DNA of 63,999 nt, filler included, from Lenisia limosa (lineage: Eukaryota > Protista > Breviatea), in assembly GCA_001655205.1 (NCBI GenBank). It is 12 parts of 12 records of this genome, joined end to end, with 100 filler letters (N's around TTAATTAATTAA, not from the genome) between each part and the next. Parts side by side here need not be neighbours in the genome. Positions count along the whole stretch, not along the records: positions 60,158 to 62,725 come from LPNZ01001305.1; positions 62,826 to 63,999 come from LPNZ01004852.1; 10 more parts are not named here. One strand, given 5' to 3'. Both the position numbers and the translations under genes were made by a program. The notes beneath the pieces were generated by a model. That model saw only the letters and a program-made list of their open reading frames with translations, did not search any database and was not told where the DNA came from. Shown one piece after another: positions 60,604 through 63,999 of this stretch; the first letter of the stretch is position 1; every line of letters begins with the position of its first letter.

Positions 60604-62479
60604 GACTCCCTCTTTGGATGAAAGCGCCGACCCCCGCAAAGCCGGTTAAATTAGTTACACTGCAACACGGCATTGTGCGAAGAGGCCACACGGCGTCTGT
60701 TGGCATGGAACCGCTCGCTGCCGGACCTACGGGTATGGGGGAGGTGGGTACTATGGTATTTGAAGTATTGGGGGGTTGGCCATCATAAAATATATTTATG
60801 GGTGAATAACATACCAATTATTTGTGGGTGAACAACCTTTTTCATTTTTTCTGGAACCAGCTGTTTGTCCTCAGTATTAGTTTTGATGCCGCTTCTGCCA
60901 CATCACTGGATTATGTTCTCCTTGCTGCATTTTTCATACTTATTAACTATTAACAAATGATACTGTGCGTTTTTAATTGCATTTCACTCCTATATTGTTC
61001 ACGATATGATATATTATATTACCCCCGCCGGTTAATTTTGCTGCTCGATCATTACGATACCTGATTTGGTTATTGTGCCCAGATAGATTTTATCTTACTG
61101 ACCCCCCCCCCCAGGACTCTACAGCAGCAGAAACGTGCCTGGTTTGGAGCGTACCTACCTTGAACCAGCGGCTTCGGGGCTTTGGCTGAGGGAACAAATC
61201 GTTCTCAAGGGACCCAGGGAGTANNNNNNNNNNNNNNNNNNNNNNNNNNNNNNNNNNNNNNNNNNNNNNNNNNNNNNNNNNNNNNNNNNNNNNNNNNNNN
61301 NNNNNNNNNNNNNNNNNNACAAAAATAACAACTCTAGCATATTGATGAATGGGAATGGAATGCTTCTTTGGTAATTAGGAAGGGGAGAAAGGGTATCTGA
61401 AGGGCTTCTTCTGTTCGAAAAAGACCAGTAAAATGTCGATAGTTTTCGAGGATTTATCGAGAAATTCAATCTTTTTGTCGAACCGAAGTGAAGCCCTAGA
61501 TGTATGTAGAAGCAATTTGAAGGAGTTTGATTGCTTAACCCTTGGCGTAGTCCACAAATTGTTTGTTTTGTTTTTCTCAACCCGATTTGTCATCCAACAG
61601 AGTTGATTGTGGGCTTTTTTGTTTCATAAATTTTCCAATTTTTATCCCCCCCCCCCCAGGAACTGCGTGGAAGTAGTGGCAGAATGCATTGGAGAATCCC
61701 TCAACAACCTCAACAACATACGAGACGTTTGGGTTGCCAGGTGGAGGGTGCTCATTGTGTCATAAACATTTCTGTGTTCTTCTTCATGTTACCTAATAGC
61801 ATCATCTCAGCAACAACATCATCGCTATAATCATTATCATTGTCACCATGATAATGAATATCATCACCATCATTAGTATTCATAGCATCATCATCTCAGC
61901 ACTAAAAACAACATCTTCACTGTTATAATCAACAGCAGCATTACCATCACCCTCGTCACAAAATAACAACGGCAATATCATCAACCTCATCATTATCAAG
62001 GCTAATATTACTATCATTGATAACAACAATAACGTGATTACTTTTTAGTGTTGACGTAGGCCTCGATGAGCTTGCGCCGACAACTACTTTGGGGGAAGTT
62101 AAGGTGGGGGGATATTGATTGATATGTTGGTGGGAACAATTGAGAGATATATGAAAAACATATTCCACAGGGTCTCTCCTTAATAAAATGCCCCTTCCCC
62201 TTGGCCTGTTTTGTTTCCATTTTTACTGATGGGATGTGGTGCTGCAGAAGCGACTGAATCCTTGTGTGTTGTCAGCCAACAGAGTTGATTTAGGTTTTTT
62301 TGTTTCATAAATTTTCTAATTACCCCCCCTCCCCAGGCAACAAGCATTGAAGCAATGGAGCAAGGCCTGTCAGTCACCCTGCATGGTGTCATTCGACTCC
62401 CTACATACTGCAGCCCTCTGACTACGGAGGAAGTTTCCAAGACCGTTACTCTCATGAGGAACGAGAACGTTCCTGGTAT
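60604..62479 (+). CDS. Probable fragment of an unidentified spliced gene
   Basis: C-run+AG acceptors at ~60604, 61113, 61659 and 62336 with open exons such as LHCNTALCEEATRRLLAWNRSLPDLR and NCVEVVAECIGESLNNLNNIRDVWVA. Frames are not fully reconciled. Confidence 0.35.
61401..61497. mobile_element. MITE family A, representative copy (~97 bp, ~27-bp terminal inverted repeats)
   Basis: AGGGCTTC..TTCGAAAAAGAC ... GTCTTTTTGTCGAACCGAAGTGAAGCCCT with an ATCGA-rich core. Related copies at approximately 7875, 15820, 19725, 20680, 21717, 24304, 25181, 25520, 31706, 32768, 51085, 52515, 52611, 52889, 53024, 53700, 54710, 54768, 55633, 60185, 60384, 62489 and 62983. Confidence 0.85.
62228..62321 (+). repeat. 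Family D directional dispersed repeat (~135-bp unit), representative copy ending at a 3' splice site
   Basis: GGATGTGGTGCTGCAGAAGCGACTG...TGTGTTGTCAGCCAACAGAGTTGATTT..TTTGTTTCATAAATTTTCTAATT. Other copies on +: 10911-11011, 20912-20960, 31430-31465, 32973-33037, 61555-61640. On -: 23193-23226, 25474-25517, 34610-34645, 34778-34886, 52822-52866, 53970-54010, 54179-54240. Confidence 0.8.
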
Positions 62480-63439
62480 GGGGAGATTAGTGCTTCGCTT
62501 CGGTTTCCAAAAACCGGGAAAATATCGATAGTTTTTGAAGATTTTTTGAGAAATTTTTTGAAGTGAAGTGAAGCCTTCGGTGGGATGCTTGGCGTCATAC
62601 AGTGGCCGGAATACGTCTTGGCCGATTGCTATATGATTTCCCTAGGAAAATAAAATAGGTCAAGCCTTATCCTGGTCACTGTATGTAGAAATGGGAAATA
62701 AAAAAAGGTTACATCTGTCTGAAGCNNNNNNNNNNNNNNNNNNNNNNNNNNNNNNNNNNNNNNNNNNNNTTAATTAATTAANNNNNNNNNNNNNNNNNNN
62801 NNNNNNNNNNNNNNNNNNNNNNNNNTACAGATTATCTCGGCCTTGGCCAGCTCCACAACCGACAAATCATGTTTTGACTCAGAGAACCTCGGCAAAGTGG
62901 GGAGTGGGGGCAAATCATGTTTTGACTCAGAAGTGTTTTTTTGTAAAAAAAAACGGTAGTGGGATGGGGGTAGTGAATGGGCAGGGCTTCACTTCGGTTC
63001 GAATAAGGCCGGTAAAATATCGATAGTTAAAAAAGATTTATCGAGAAATTCAGTCTTACTTCAAACTGAAGTGAAACCCAAGTGATAAAACTGCTGAATT
63101 CCACCTATAATTGTAGAGTTAGTTGGTATATGTCCAATTTTTTTTTTTTTTTTTTTATCATTTAAAGATGGTTATTTCCATGCTGGTTGTTGCAAAGGAC
63201 AGTTCGTAATAGGAAATAGAGGGGAACTTGTATATTACTGAACCGAAGTGAAACACTGCGGGAGCCATTTATTCCAGATGCTGGTGATGGATAGTTCAAT
63301 TTATTTATGCTTCAGATGCTGACTCTGCCCTTCCGGCTGCTGTCGTCGAAATCCAATGTCACAGCCGCGGCCGCCGCGGCCACCGCTCGCCAGGCAGTGA
63401 GGGGGGGGTTATTGTACTGTGTAATATGTAGGTATATAA

Positions 63440-63665
63440 TTATATAGCAATGAAAAATAAAGATGTATCTGGCCAAAGCCGTCCATACCATCAAGCTTAT
63501 AAGAGATATTGGATTATAGTATACTATTAATTCACTCAATCATTTGCCTGATATGTATATATAGACAGAGTTGTCAGGAAATTGGGTGAATTGATATGAT
63601 ACTATACTTCTAATATAAGCGTGATGGTGTGGACAGCTTCGGCCAGATACAACCTTGTTTTTTTT
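63440..63665. mobile_element. Family C foldback element with long inverted arms, compact two-armed copy
   Basis: Left arm GTATCTGGCCAAAGCCGTCCATACCATCAAGCTTATA...AATTCACTCAAT..CCTGA mirrors right arm TCAGG..TTGGGTGAATT...TATAAGCGTGATGGTGTGGACAGCTTCGGCCAGATAC. Arms or fragments also occur at approximately 19420, 21570, 22232, 24705, 31845, 32505, 33325, 34180, 34293, 36732, 45150, 50880, 53223 and 55280. Confidence 0.8.
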
Positions 63666-63999
63666 TATTATCATCGCTACATATTTTTTATCTATCAATG
63701 CATATATAAACATATGCTGGGGCGCAGAAATCATGTCCGAAATGCCGAATTCATGTCCGAAAATTTTTTTTCTTCTGAATACCTTTTTTTAATAGTTTAA
63801 TTGTTTAAATATGCTGTTTAAAGATGTACATAACCATTCTGATAATTGTATGTCAAAAAATAGTTCATAGTTAAGGTCAAAAGGAAGTACCGTTCTTGTT
63901 GAAAATGATCATACATGTCAAAGAAAGCACACAACTCTCAAAAAAGACCATATCTACAAATTCTTCCCATTTGCTCTGACTTTACTCGCCTTTCGTGCT

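Noticed and set aside
61780-62040. ATC/AAC-rich stretch as a coding repeat
   Set aside because: Degenerate trinucleotide low-complexity sequence within an intron; no sustained reading frame with splice support.
11056-62781. Eleven identical TTAATTAATTAA palindromes as a biological repeat
   Set aside because: Always centred in exactly sized N blocks and containing stops in all six frames. This is an artificial contig linker, so gene neighbourhoods across it were not interpreted.

Overview
Eukaryotic, AT-rich, very intron-dense genomic DNA with short exons. The window is not one contiguous locus. It is 12 sequence pieces joined by artificial 100-bp spacers (44 N + TTAATTAATTAA + 44 N), with further N-masked stretches inside the pieces, so adjacency across spacers means nothing and several genes are cut off. 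Spliced genes were rebuilt by eye from GT-AG exon chains and recognised from remembered family motifs; no database search was run. Recognisable genes: an RRM plus charged-tail protein (CPSF6/7-like), PPP1R42, EXOSC8/RRP43, TRMT2A (5' part), a WD40/FG-GAP beta-propeller, UAP1 (5' part), SH3BGRL, a secreted MACPF/perforin-like protein, TIM44, an unidentified multi-pass membrane protein, an MGRN1/LOG2-type RING E3 ligase, tRNA-Ala(UGC) (one full and one partial copy), a C2-domain gene, two Cys-rich repeat genes and several unidentified genes. Introns hold at least four families of short dispersed repeats: A (~97-bp TA-flanked palindrome), B (~76-82-bp TA/CAGTG Tc1-like MITE), C (long-arm foldback) and D (~135-bp directional unit). 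The most unusual signals concern intron architecture. Family D is co-oriented with the host gene in every copy seen and often ends about 15-20 nt before a 3' splice site. G-runs follow donors and C-runs precede acceptors. Splice-site-containing segments are repeatedly duplicated in tandem. No prokaryote-type system, CRISPR array or intact transposase was found. The organism cannot be named from the sequence.
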